The notes beneath the pieces are model-generated. The model was given only the letters and a program-made list of their open reading frames with translations. It was not told the DNA's origin and searched no databases. Source: Octopus sinensis (Eukaryota). Taken from it: DNA of 64,000 bases. The DNA lies in NCBI RefSeq assembly GCF_006345805.1, contig NC_042998.1, forward strand, positions 66,278,001 to 66,342,000, read 5' to 3'. Below, piece by piece: positions 10,780 to 23,898 of the stretch. Numbering within the stretch: the stretch's first letter is position 1; each line of letters opens with the position of its first letter. The position numbers were made by a program, and so were the translations under genes.

Positions 10780-12003
10780 ACGTCGCACAGTGTCCAATAT
10801 TGTTGTTAATTGAAAATATTGTGTTTACCAGAGATTTGCAATGTCTATCAAGTCACAACAAGAACCTCAGACACCCAATACTTTATGCAATACACCTAGG
10901 GTGTTTCTAATTTTCTAACTTTAGGGTGTTTCTAAGTTTCCAGAGGTTTCTTAAGGTTGGGTGGTACTGAACCCAATGTTCCGATAACAATAGGAACAAA
11001 CTCCATGTTTTACTCCGGTAGCAGTCCCATCTTGGTGATCTCAATCTTTATTTCTGGATAATATGTTGGTACCCTGGCTCTGCCACGTCGGTTTTTCTTC
11101 ATCCTAAACGTTACTATATCTAACTTCCGGTGCTCTAACACCTCCTCTGTTTGTAACTGAAAGTCTCAGAAGATCTTTGCCTTCCTCTTGGTGTCCATTA
11201 AGTTTTTTGGTGCATGTTGGAACCAAGCACCCGTTACGTCGTATCCATACTTCTGGTATAGTAGCCAGTGAAGATTTTGGGCTACCTTGTCGTGTCTTCA
11301 CTGCTACTCTCTTTGCGAAAATATTTTCACAAACACTAACAATGTGAGTAACGCTCTCGGCTCTCATTCTTACACATTCTGCAGAAGTTTATAACACTTG
11401 TGTGGTATATATTCCTTTACACTGAGTTGGTATCTAATGTCTGATCCTGAGTTGGTATCTAATGTCTTAATCCTGATGATTAAGATTTCAGTATATATTT
11501 TTAGGTCATACTTGTTCAACCACCTCCATGATTATTCCTGTTGTTAATTTCACGGTGGAACTATATAATTCCATGCGGAGTAGAGTGTCTTCTCTCTCGT
11601 TAGCCATTCGTAATCGGAATTCATTAGCACTTTTAAGTTCGTAGCCAGTAAATCATTCTGCATTGTTTGCTATTTAGCAAATACCCTGCCATGTTTTTTC
11701 TTCGCTGAGGATACACTCCCGTACACTAATCAGATAACATCCACATTTATACCACTCCATGTAAAGTCTGTGTATGTTCTGTTTAGTGTGGAGGCCACCA
11801 TGCATTGGAATTGTCTTTCGGGTAATGTAATCGTGTTGGTTAATCTCCTCTCGGGTGCATTTCCGAATGGGTGACACAATAGCGGACTACGGCAGCAGCC
11901 CATATGTTGATAGAAGTCAAATAGTATTTTGCACTTGGTTTTGAGGGGTCTCTGCCGGGAGATCTGGTGTCTTAGACATCCGGGGGATTCTTCTCGTTTA
12001 TAG
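10780..12003 (-). mobile_element. Second decayed, 5'-truncated R4/Dong-clade element
   Basis: TREEINQHDYITRKTIPMHGGLHTKQNIHRLYMEW (RT C-terminus), ESVTHIVSVC (CCHC remnant), MEFVPIVIGTLGSVPPNLKK (RLE C-terminus); 5' end abuts (TAT)n at 12006. Confidence 0.85.
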
Positions 12004-12004
12004 C

Positions 12005-12045
<41 letters not shown>

Positions 12046-12097
12046 GTTATTGTTATTATTATTGTTGTTTTTATTGTTGTTGTTGTTGTTGTTGTTA

Positions 12098-12144
<47 letters not shown>

Positions 12145-12196
12145 GTTATTGTTATTATTATTGTTGTTTTTATTGTTGTTGTTGTTGTTGTTGTTA

Positions 12197-12243
<47 letters not shown>

Positions 12244-12318
12244 GTTGTTGTTGTTATTGTTATTGTTATTATTATTGTTGTTATTGTTGTTGTTGTTGTT
12301 ATATTATTATTATTATTA

Positions 12319-12374
<56 letters not shown>

Positions 12375-12376
12375 GT

Positions 12377-12896
12377 TGAGTGAGTGCGCAGTACATTCCA
12401 TTAAAATGACACTGGGGTAAAGTATACGAAACCAAGTATAACCATATGCATCACAAACATATGTGCGCGACATGGTGATCTAACATCAAGATAAACAGCA
12501 CATAACCTTGCAAGTGGGGACCAATTAGAATTTTCTTCAGGTCAAGTAGCCCATCCTTCACAAATAGTCCCTGAATAATTGTTGTCTAAGGATGTTGAAC
12601 AAAACACCCATGTTTCCAGAGGTGAATTATCCATGCCCAAAAGAATTCCTCTCAAAACATGACTATGATGCTTCCCCACTACTTCCGCTCGAGATCAGAG
12701 ATGCATATATCGTCAGCCACTAAGGGACATGCTTAACTGGTTAAGGTCAAACAACTGACAAGTAAATCTGTAGTGTTCAGCAGAATATTTGCTATAGTCC
12801 ATCTTTTATACCAAGACAAAACAATGTACATGATAACACTTCCAATCAGTTAAGATTAGGTGCCTAAGAGCCTCTGCCTAGAACTCCATCATGGCA

Positions 12897-12897
<1 letters not shown>
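12377..12897 (-). mobile_element. About 520-bp non-coding interspersed element bracketed by (TAA)n tracts
   Basis: Complex sequence with sharp boundaries against (ATT)n arrays on both sides. It resembles an abundant octopus repeat as I recall it (unverified). No tRNA head or ORF recognised; orientation inferred from the TAA tail. Confidence 0.55.
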
Positions 12898-12971
<74 letters not shown>

Positions 12972-13087
12972 TTATTATTATTATTACTATTATTATCATT
13001 ATTATTATTATTATTATTATCATTATTATTATTATTATTATTATCATCATCATCCTCATCCTCATCATCATCTCATCATCGTCGCCA

Positions 13088-13285
13088 AGAAGACGGCAAG
13101 CTGGCAGAATCCTTAGCGGATTTTCGCCCGTCGCTACGTTCTTAGTTCAAATTCCGCCGCCGTCGACTTTGATTTTCATCCTTTCGGGGTTGATAAATTA
13201 AGTATAAATAAAACACTGAGGTCGACATTTCCTCTCCCTCAAAATTTCAGGTCTTGTACCTATGGTAGAGAGGTCTATTATTATT
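13088..13285 (+). mobile_element. OK-like tRNA-derived SINE
   Basis: gaagacggcaagctggcagaatccttagc...gttcaaattccgccgccgtcgactttg...aaaatttcaggtcttgtacctatggtagag, followed by an ATT tail. Confidence 0.85.
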
Positions 13286-13294
13286 ATGATTGTT

Positions 13295-13880
13295 GTTTTT
13301 GCTGCTGTGACCTATATGGCTCTGAGTCCTGGGTCCTCAACTGCTGTCATTTCAGGCTCCTTCGCACTAACCTCAACATCTACTGGAGCGACAACATCAC
13401 CAACACTGAGGTCCTCAAGCGAGGAGAGTTCACCAACCTGAAAACCATTTTACTTGGGGCACGACTACGTTGGGCAGGACACGTTGACAGGAAAAAAGAT
13501 CACCGCTTACCGAAGATCATCATATACGGTGCGTTCAACTCTGGCCACCGCAACAGGGTGGGGGCATCAAAGAAGCGTTACAAGGACTGCCTGAAGCATT
13601 CCCTTAGCGTTTGTAACATTGATTATCGTGAGTGGCCCACTCTAACAGCTTGGCACCATACACATCAGCGATGCTCTTTCCTCCTTTGAGATCTCTCGCA
13701 GTGCCTCTCCCGAAGACAACAGCCAGAGGCGAAAACATAATACAGCTGCATCATTGGGCCCTGTCATCATTGAAATCGGATATGTCGATCCCACATCGGC
13801 CCTATCAGCCACGAACGAGCGTGCCGACGACGTGGATAACAGCCTTCTTAACCTTCATCTGCGAAGCCAGGCCAAGATAG
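13295..13880 (+). mobile_element. RTE (BovB-like) LINE 3' fragment
   Basis: Translates to LYGSESWV..., LRWAGHVDR...LPKIIIYG...KKRYKDCLKHSL and ...SHIGPISHERACRRRG*, then the typical RTE end gcgaagccaggccaaga; frameshifted. Confidence 0.85.
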
Positions 13881-15449
13881 CAGAGAGGACCATTAGAGTA
13901 ACTGGGCTATCGATGACATCAGGTTCTTCATATGTTTCTGTTGTGTTATTTTCATTATCACATCTACGGAGAGGTGTGCATCTCATTTCTCTGTCTTCTC
14001 TCTCTTTCTTCATCACATTGATTTTCATAATATAGTTGTATACCTCAATCTCATTTGTTATATTTTTCTTCATCTTTCTCTCCCAGTCGCCTAATTTAAG
14101 TTCCCTAACTAGTCTCTTCTGTTTTTCTCACTACCTCTGCAACAGCATTATTCATTCATTATCTCGCTGTCTCTCCCATTCTCTCTCTCTCTCTCTCTTT
14201 TATTTCTCTTTCTCCTTCTCTTTACCCTTCTCTGTCTCTCCATTCTCGTTCCCTTCTCACCGTTTCATCTTGGCCTTCTCGTTGCCGTGGCAGCCTTATA
14301 ACTTCTTGTTCTAGTATCTGTACTGCACGTGAAGCAATATTATATGCTCTGTATTCACTAACGAAACTGTTGTATCTGCACGCTCCCTTACTGCTCCTTC
14401 GTGATCTGCGCTCCTACTATTTTGTGGTCATTTAGTTGCAGGGAGATAGTTAAAATTATTTTACAAATATGTAGGATATTTCAACCACAAACAAATGAAC
14501 TGAATTACTCCATATATATATATACATGTATGTGTGTATACACGCACACACACACACAAACACACACACAGATACATATATATAAAGGGGCGACTTTTTA
14601 TCTCCTTCCTTCTTCCCAATAGACTCCTCCTGTTTCCGAAGAAGAGCTGTGCCCGAAACGTAAAACAACAACTATTTTCTTTCTCTGTACGTGTGCTTAT
14701 GTGTGTGTTTCTGCATATGTATGCACGTGAGTGTGTGCGTGTGTGCATATGTATGTTCATGTGTGTCATTCAAAATGTTTTACTGGGGATAATTATAGCC
14801 AAGCACCTAAGGATATAAGAGCAGGGACAAGTCCGAAATTATGATTGTCACATTTACATAGAAAGAAATTCTGAGAAAGCTATTCTTCATATGTTAGGAA
14901 AAAGTGACAAACGTCATCTTCGCTTCCTCCTCTCTTACTAGAAGGGAGATTTGACTTATCCCTAAGTGATATTTGATTAATAAAGTCATCCTGCGGTTTG
15001 TGTCCGCTTGGAAGTTTCATCGTTTTGGATAAAGATGCAGGAAATGTACCAAATTTCAAAATTCTCAAGATGTCAGATTTCTACAAATAATGGCTATTAT
15101 CGGTTGGGAGATATAAGTACGAATTAGCAATTTACATATTCACAGAAAATATATACAGAGCCAACACCTTATTTTTTGTTCAATGGCCTGGGGACTTCTG
15201 GCTGTCGAGACGCAAACTGCTGAAACATTGTCGTCCCGTAATTCTGTGTATCAATGAGCCGTGTGCTGAACACAGTGTCGTCGTAAAAAAATTGCTAGTT
15301 TTCGAAGTCTTACTCAACAGTGACTTACTAAATTTTTGCCTCAACCTGCTGAAACGTATAAAGAACAAGTTTGCGAATAATCTTTCCAGATTACGCTGCA
15401 CATGACACAAATAACTATTTCGTATATATATATATATATTATATGTATA

Positions 15450-15800
15450 TAATAAAATATTAGGGAATAAATCCAAATTTACAGGGAAAAATCAGATTTA
15501 GGATTGAATCCAATTTTATAGTAAAATATTATATAATATTAATTAGAGACAAAACCACTATTTTGTAAATCAAACAAGGAAAGACTTAATCAATACATAA
15601 AAAAAAATTTAATATAAAGTAAATAAATCGCCACTACAATTGTTTCCTGTCTTCAAATGACATTCATCAGGTGGATTTCATATCTAAAAATATCAATTTT
15701 TTAAAAAATAAATTTAAAATGGCTAAAACTATAAATAATATAAATTTATCAATGAAAAAATATAAAAATATATAATCTATATATAATCAATATATAATCA
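15450..15800 (-). mobile_element. AT-rich Penelope-type terminal-repeat (pLTR-like) fragment carrying a hammerhead motif
   Basis: 15452-15560 is shared with 22735-22850; contains the hammerhead at 15631-15674. Confidence 0.55.
15631..15674 (-). ncRNA. Minimal type-I hammerhead ribozyme motif
   Basis: Minus strand: CCAC-CUGAUGA-A-UGUC(auuugaa)GACA-G-GAAAC-AAUU-GUA-GUGG. Stem I CCAC/GUGG, intact core CUGAUGA and GAAA, 4-bp stem II, 2-bp stem III with palindromic AAUU loop, GUA cleavage triplet. Confidence 0.7.
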
Positions 15801-15815
15801 AGAACTAAAATAACC

Positions 15816-15866
<51 letters not shown>

Positions 15867-15868
<2 letters not shown>

Positions 15869-16163
15869 AGGTGCAATTACCCAGTGGTTAGGACAGCGGA
15901 CTCGCGGTCGTAGGATCGCGGTTTCGATCCCCAGACCGGACGTTGTGTGTGTTTATTGAGCGAAAACACCTCAAATCGCCACGACGTTCCGGCAGGGGGT
16001 GGTGATCCCTGCTGTACTCTTTCACCACTCTTTCTCTCACTCTTTCGTCTGTTGGCCTGCTCGCTTAGCCAGCGGAGTGGTGTCATCCGAAGGCTAAAAC
16101 AATGCGAACGCATTGTGACCTGCGATGTGTAACAACATCTGATTGTCTGGTCGGTCACGTGAT

Positions 16164-16172
<9 letters not shown>
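15867..16172 (+). mobile_element. OR-like (tRNA-Arg-related) SINE, near full length
   Basis: A-box-like cagtggttagg, B-box-like ggtttcgatcccc, unique body, tail ggtcacgtgatcacgtga then (TA)n; inverted copy at 49721-50020. Confidence 0.85.
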
Positions 16173-16203
<31 letters not shown>

Positions 16204-17607
16204 GTACTTAAAATGTTCCTTACGTCCAATTTACAAACAATTTAATTAAATATATTGTGAGCGATTTCCAATAAACTTTTAAACCATTATTTTTTTTTTA
16301 TCAGTTGATTCATTTCTTTTGCTTTTATGTACAAAAACATTTTCAGTCACTCAATTTCCTTTCAAATATATGAATAATATATACATCTTATTTTGATTAT
16401 TTATTCATATATAAATATTTCCTAAAACATCAAAGGTGCCAATTAAAGGGAATATAGAACGTAACCTTATTCTTATATTTATTTAATATATGCAGAAATC
16501 TAAATACACGAGAGAGACATCAATGATAATAAAAGGAAAATGTTTACAATTCATTAAAACTTTTAGCTGAATTTTATTTTTATTACCACTGATAGTTAAA
16601 ACAAAAAATAGCCGCATCCATGCATAACGATTTTTTTTCACTTATCTAACTAATTATTAGCTTAATAAATCGGTTTCATGTTTTAAAAATACGTTTTATC
16701 TTACGAAATATTTTTCAAATTTATATATGTAAAGCATTCTATAGACTCAGGTCAAGAGAATCTTTCGTTTATTGGTTTAGTGTGTGTGTGTTTGTGTGTG
16801 TGTATGTGTGTGTGTGTGTATCTACCTGTGTTTTATATATATATAGAGAGAGATAGATACATAGATAAATACATACATATGTACATAGACACGCGCGCAC
16901 ACACCACACAAACGTGTGTGTCAGTGCGCATTCGTTTGCGTATCTACGTATGTATATATTTATCTCAGTTCATCTTTATTCTTGATACTTTATATTAGTA
17001 CATTGAATCGGGTTTCGTCTTTTTTTTTACGCATTTTGTTCAAAGCGTATTAATATTTATTACATGTGGAATTGTCAATGCCGCTGTGTATAAATTTCAC
17101 TGCTTTATATTATTCGTTCACATTTAAAATTAATAATACTTAATGGTCCACCCCCTCTAACTTACAGAAGATCGTTGAAATGATTCTATAAATTTTAAAT
17201 TCGATTTTGTGAAAGAAAATTATGTTCGTAAACGAATGTCTGTTTGCCTAGCTTTACAACTGCGGTATGATTTCTTTTATTGGAAACTTAAGTGAATAAG
17301 CCATCTATGCAGGTACATCCATTAAATGCAAATTTACATGAAAGCTTCAAATGCTGTCGCGTTTTTAAAACGATTGAGATTTTACCTTTTAAATTTTATC
17401 TTTTATCTCTTACTTGCTTCAGGCATTAGATTGTGGTCATGCTGGAGCACGAAAAAATAAATCTAGTACCGATTATTTTATAGCTTAGTACTGATTCTTT
17501 CTGTCCATTTTGTTGAACTACACCGCTAGTGTAAATGTAGTAAATGCAAACTAACAGTTTGTCAAGCGATAGCTCTAGTGAAAACACCAACACAGTACAC
17601 ATGGATA

Positions 17608-18847
17608 TTAGGCTGTTCCGAAAATAATGGCCGATTTCAGAAACAATTTTATTCTGTAAAAATTAACAATAGAAATGTTTTGATTAGTAAAAGTATGAGC
17701 CGTGAACTTCTATGCATCTCTACCATCAATCAACGAGATTAATTATGTCTCGTTGATAAAACCTTATTGGCTTTGATGCAAACAAATCTTTGAAAGCTGA
17801 TTCCACCTCTGGTTTGGACCTGATAGTTCTATCACTTAAAAACGTGTTTAAATGTTTTAAAAACGGTAGTTAGTGGAAGATATGGTAAAGCGTCGTATCC
17901 CAAGTCCGTGAGTTTCTGCGGCGTCATTCTTGCAACATGTAGCTTTGAATCATCTTGGAGCAGAATTGGGCCAAGCCGATTTACCATTGCGTGTCTCATC
18001 TTTAGCAACGAATTCATTGCAGGAAACCTCGGCATTAATGTTCTGGTTGGCTTCCAGAAATCTGTAATAGACAACACTAATTGCAGACCACCAGATAGTG
18101 CCCTAGTCTTTCTTTGCTGATGCAACTTTCGCTTTGGGAAATGTTTAGGGGACTCATCACGATCCAGTCATTGATCTGTTCGTTTACGGTTATGATAAGG
18201 GATCTATTTTTCGTCACAAGTAACTATTCCGTCAAGAAATGTATCATTGGTGTTTGGCAGAAAAAGTATCAGACACACTTTAAAACGCCGAACTTTTTTT
18301 AATTTTCATTGAGTTCATGTGGTACCCATTTATCAAGCGTTTTCCCCTTACTAATCTTCTGCAACTGTGTGAGACCGTTGCCATACCGACACCAAGTGCC
18401 TGAGACTTTTCTCTGACACTTTGACGTGGGATGTGTTCAACAATTACATTCAATTGTTCACTGTCAAGACTGCATGACCGTCCTCTACCTTCTTCACCTT
18501 CAATTCTCTCACCACCACTACGGAATTTCTGAAACCATCTTCGTACTGTGCGATCACTTGTGGACCCCTCTCCCTATGCTCTGTTTATTTGGCAGCAGTT
18601 TGGGAGGCATTATACCTAAGCTTGAATTCATACAACAAAGGTAAGTGATGATCTTTTTTGGGATGTTCATAATTAAGGGCGCTTTGCTTCAAGAATGTTT
18701 TCTGTCTGAAATAATTAGAAACATATTAAAGAGCATACATCAATTATTAAGTATGTTGGAATCTACCTAAAATATAATTAAAATACTATGATAAAATTGC
18801 GTTTCAAAACAACACATAGAGCGGCCATTATTTTCGGAACAACCTAA
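17608..18847 (-). mobile_element. Complete but decayed mariner (Hsmar1/cecropia-like) DNA transposon
   Basis: 26-bp TIRs TTAGG(C/T)TGTTCCGAAAATAATGGCCG (25/26 identical), TA on both sides, 1240 bp long. Minus-strand transposase remnants IVTCDEK, NRLGPILLQDDSKLHVARMT..KLTDLGY with stops. Confidence 0.93.
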
Positions 18848-19684
18848 TACATAGATACATTTATATATGTCTTTACTACTACGAGCCATCCAACTTGATT
18901 TCTTGATACTATAAATTTCTAGAACTCCACAGTGTTTTCTTGTATCTAAAAGAATTGATGAATCACATGTTCTATCAACTGGCAGTAATCCACTCCCTGG
19001 TTTGGTTGACCCTAGAGTAATCGTTTGCGGAAGTGGATCTTCCGTTCAGATTTTATCGTGTAGTTTCGCTAAATAAAGATCATACGTCAAATAAATATCG
19101 AAACACCCAGCTTCACATCTACAATGCTGCTCCACATGATTTCAGCATGACCCTGACCCGGGTCATATACGTATGTATGTATGTATGTATGTATATTTAA
19201 GCAGGCCCTGCTTTATTATATAATTTGTGACCTACAAAGAGGCTTCCGGATAAATATACAATATACATACAAAACTCATTTATGGTGTTTGATTAAATGT
19301 ACATAGAGAATAGATTAAGTTGAATATTGTACTATTTAACGTTTGTTCATGCAAAACATTGAATTACACAGGATATGGTACTTGGCTATACAAGCGTAAA
19401 GGAATATCCATTTTTCATTGGAATTTGAACTTTGAACACTTTGATATTTTTCAGTGATGACCGCAGCGGTCTGTCTTTTCTTATTTTTCCCTACTTCCTT
19501 AACTTGACATCTTTGAAAGGTCACCAGCCCTTGAGAGTAAATGTGTTTATTTACAAACATGTTTGTCGGTATAAATGAAAAAAGAAACAGATAAAGAAAT
19601 AAAGAAAAATGCTTAGTAATATAATTACAAGGAATTGACCACATCAATTTGAAAAGAAACCTCTCTGTCTATCTATTTGTCTGC

Positions 19685-19752
<68 letters not shown>

Positions 19753-20565
19753 TTATCTATCAATATGTCTGTCTGTCTGTCTATATATCTATATGTCTAT
19801 GCTTTCCCCATCCAATATTATGTTTTCTCCTCTCCCTTCATTGTCCTGAAACATCTCTCTGAAACATTGCAAAAACAACATCCTCCTCTTCTAAACAGGG
19901 AAAACAATTGCATCCGACTCATAAATGAACAACGAAACGATCCATTTTTTCCATTATAATTTAGATTTCATCTTGAAGAATACGAAAAACGAAAGAGATA
20001 GATAATAAAGAACTATGTAAAATTCGAACTGCCCCCACACACACTCACGCACAAACATACACACATATATATGTGTGTATACATACATACACACACACAT
20101 ATATATTATATATATATATATATATATATGTATATGTGTGTGTGTGTGCGTGTGTCTGTGTATGTGTGAGTATGTATGCTTATAGGTGTGTGTGTGTGTC
20201 TTTTGAAATGTCTTGCATATCATTTTTACGTAGACGCTTCTAAGTTATATTTGCTATTATAGACTGACGACAGCGCCACATTGATGATGTGGAAGAATAT
20301 TACTTTCCATACAAATGTCAAGGGTATACATATAAGATTATGTAACATACCGACATATTTCCAAATGAACGATCCTCTATGAAACCACAATGGCAGTCAT
20401 TGTTTAAGGAATTGAATTTATTGAAAAGAAAAATATAAGTTTCTCACTAAAATCTACTAAATCTTAAAATCTATCTTTAGTTTTATTCAGAATGAAAGCA
20501 AACTGAAAGCAAAGAAACATTGTGTGTGAATGAAATTATGTAACTATGAACGAAATGTGAGTGAG

Positions 20566-20738
<173 letters not shown>

Positions 20739-20749
20739 TTGTGTGTATA

Positions 20750-20787
<38 letters not shown>

Positions 20788-20791
<4 letters not shown>

Positions 20792-20960
20792 GAATGCAGG
20801 TGGTGTACAAAACAAACAGATGTATTAGTATTACAGCTCAGGAATAGAAAAAGTTTTTTACGTTTCGAGACTACGCTCTTCTACAGAAAGGGACACAGAA
20901 AAAACAAGGAGAGAAACGAGGAGAGAAAAAAGGAGAGAAAAATTTATATATATAATTTGC
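20788..20960 (-). repeat. Dispersed (TA)n-adjacent repeat family with hammerhead-like core
   Basis: gacgaa..caggtggtgta..aacaaacagatgtattag..gctcaggaa..gaaaaagtcttttacgtttcgagcctacgctcttc..cagaaagggacacag; also at 22250-22410 and 43815-43990; related cores at 14634, 21325 and 33735. Confidence 0.75.
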
Positions 20961-21428
20961 GAAGTTCAAGAAGAAAACATGCAGTAATAAGTTGTGCAAA
21001 CAGTCTATTTTAACGAGATACAGTTTTGAAATATCTCACACGCGTGGGATTGATGCTTGATGGGTCGAAATAATTGAAGTGAATAATAAGTATTCCCTTA
21101 TCTTCTATATTCCGTCTCTCTTATTAATTACATACCCAACGAACACTAAGCCAGCGAACATGCTTTAGCAGCAAACTACTAAGTGGATACCATAAGATGT
21201 ATTACTTACTACATATATATACAGTCAAAACGAATCAACAACGTGAAAAATAATAATAACAAAGAATTGGGGGCGTGCACATGGAATGTTTTAGTATGTC
21301 GTTTAGTATAAATGAGAGAGTTTTTGACGTTTCGGGCATAACTCTTCGTTGAAAGGTGAAAGGAAAAGGAAAAAGTTCAAAGAAGGAGACAAATTTATAG
21401 CCGCCCATGTAGATGTATTTTCTTGATG

Positions 21429-21460
<32 letters not shown>

Positions 21461-21980
21461 ATATATACAAAGTAAGGGACGAGCGGGTAAAATCGTGGCT
21501 ACATATGTTCCCTAGCTAACAGAACCTCGGAAGTAATAACTATTCAACAAGGGGTACTCCACTAGCTATCCATCAGGCCGAAAATAGTTAAAAGTTGCGT
21601 TGTCATCGAATGATCCGAAGTTAACTCGCAAGAGATCTGATCGAAAGCGAATAGCAAAGCACGGAGTGAGAGAACAATATCGAAAAATATGTTTGAATAA
21701 GGTAGTTAAAGTTTACATCAAGCCGTAGATAGTTAAAGCTTACATTGCCGTCAAATGATCCCAAGTTAAATCAGAGGAGATCTGATCGAAAATGAGTGGC
21801 AAATCGCGGAGTGAGAGAACAATATGGAAAAATATATGTTTGAATAAGGTATGGGAGTGGGCAATTGTCTATATTTGTTAATAATAAAGAAAAGGAAAAG
21901 GGGACGACGGAGGATGTTTTGGTTCATTTGTAAGAAACTTGGGAAAGGTCTTTGTAAATATAAGGCTGAGATCAATCATT

Positions 21981-22018
<38 letters not shown>

Positions 22019-22421
22019 CAAAGGAATTCCAAAAATGTCTGTTTTTTATGTTTTATTTATATTCCTTATAATACTAATGTAGAATATAGAATATATAGTA
22101 TAAATAGTATATATAGTAAAATGAAATGAAGTATTGATTGCCTTATTGGATATAAAATATTAAGGGACTAGTGTACTTTCTTGCATTAAATCAGTCTTCA
22201 AGTTTCCAGGTTGTGACAGGAGTGTTTCAACTGTGTATATATATATATCAAGAGTTCACAAAAAAACAAAATACGAAGACAGGTGGTGTAAAACGAAACA
22301 GATATATAAGTGTAACGCTCAGGAATTGAAAAAGTCTTTTACATTTCGAGCCTGCGCTCTTCTACAGAAAGGGACACAGAAAAAAACAAGGAGAGAAAAA
22401 TGTGTGTAGCAGCTACCGATA

Positions 22422-22473
<52 letters not shown>

Positions 22474-22584
22474 AATATATATATAATTTTTTTTATAAAA
22501 TTAAATTTAGGGTAAAAATTGATATTTATCAATTAGAACCAGTGGTCTAGCATATTAAAGAAAGAATCCGAAGATTAAAATATT

Positions 22585-22700
22585 TATATATACCAATTAA
22601 GGACTGCACACGAACTTTTTGTGGAGAATGGCGATTTGACGTCTATATCTAGCATGTTGACTGTCCACTTTTCGTGTGCAGTCCTTAATTGGTATATATA
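22585..22700. mobile_element. About 115-bp MITE-like hairpin in (TA)n
   Basis: Perfect 30-bp inverted repeat tatatataccaattaaggactgcacacgaa / ttcgtgtgcagtccttaattggtatatata with a 56-bp spacer. Confidence 0.7.
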
Positions 22701-22810
22701 TATATATATATAATATATATATATATTAATAATAAAATATTAGGGAATAAATCCAAACTTACACGGATAAATCAGATTTAGGATTGAATCCAATTTTATA
22801 GTAAAATATT

Positions 22811-23231
22811 ATATTATATAAAATTAGAGATAAAACCACTATTAGGTCCATCATACAATGAAAATCGTAAGCCAATACATAAGATTAATTAATTTATATT
22901 ATTTAAATATATATCAAAATTATTAAAAAAGATAATTAATATAACACTACGATCGTTTCATGGCTGTTCAAAAAACTTTTTTAATTCAAAATTTTAGTTC
23001 ATTGATTAAACCTCGCCAAGTCAAATATGTAAACCCCCTGAAGAATGACTGTAACTCGAAATTTTTAAGAATTGAACAGCCAGGAAACGATCATAGTGTT
23101 ATATTAATTATCTTTTTTAATAATTTTGATATATATTTAAATAATATAAATTAATTAATCTTATGTATTGGCTTAAGTTTTTCATTGTATGATTTGCCTA
23201 ATAGTGGTTTTATCTGTAATTTATATAATAT
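22811..23231. repeat. Inverted repeat, about 160-bp arms, 100-bp spacer (Penelope pLTR-related)
   Basis: 22811-22971 is the reverse complement of 23072-23231 with a few substitutions; the left arm continues the repeat shared with 15452-15560. Confidence 0.9.
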
Positions 23232-23898
23232 ATATATATAAACAGAATGAATAGAAAGAAACGTAGAATTTTAGAGGTAAATTCGTCAGGAGTAGAAGAG
23301 GAAGAGAAAGAAATAGGAAGGGTAGTAAGGTGAGTTTGCTAGAAGAAAAGCAGAACCAGGGAGCAATAGTATTACATAGTTCTAGGCAAAATGATGGTTT
23401 ATCACAGTAAAATTATACGTACAGCGTACTGGCGCACATGCAGGTAATGTTACTCTGCGTCTGTTGTATCCTACTTGCATATTCTCATTTGTAGAGAGGA
23501 AGATACACAGAGATCACAAGGTAAAGAAAATATAAATGTAGTTTTTAAAAAAGCTGTTTTTTATAATTTCTACGGACTGCCCGATGCTTACAAACTTCCT
23601 ACACCTGGATATTTGGATGTTACATTTACATATCATTATATATATAAAATATAATAAAATATAATACATGGAATGAACACACACACACACACACACACAC
23701 TCGCAGGCATACATACATATGTATATAACATAACATGGAATAAACACACACACGTATATAATAGATACAACGGCTTGGCGCATTGTAACACCATAAAGGA
23801 AAACTTTTATCTTTACTAATTGTGACTAAGGCAGCCGGCATACCTATATTGCAAGAAATAAGTGTTAAAAACTCTTAATGTTGTAAGTAGCGTGCAAT

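Noticed and set aside
15867-15945. tRNA gene (also 30288, 49950 and 51090 regions)
   Set aside because: A/B-box-like heads continue into SINE bodies, with no complete cloverleaf or acceptor stem.
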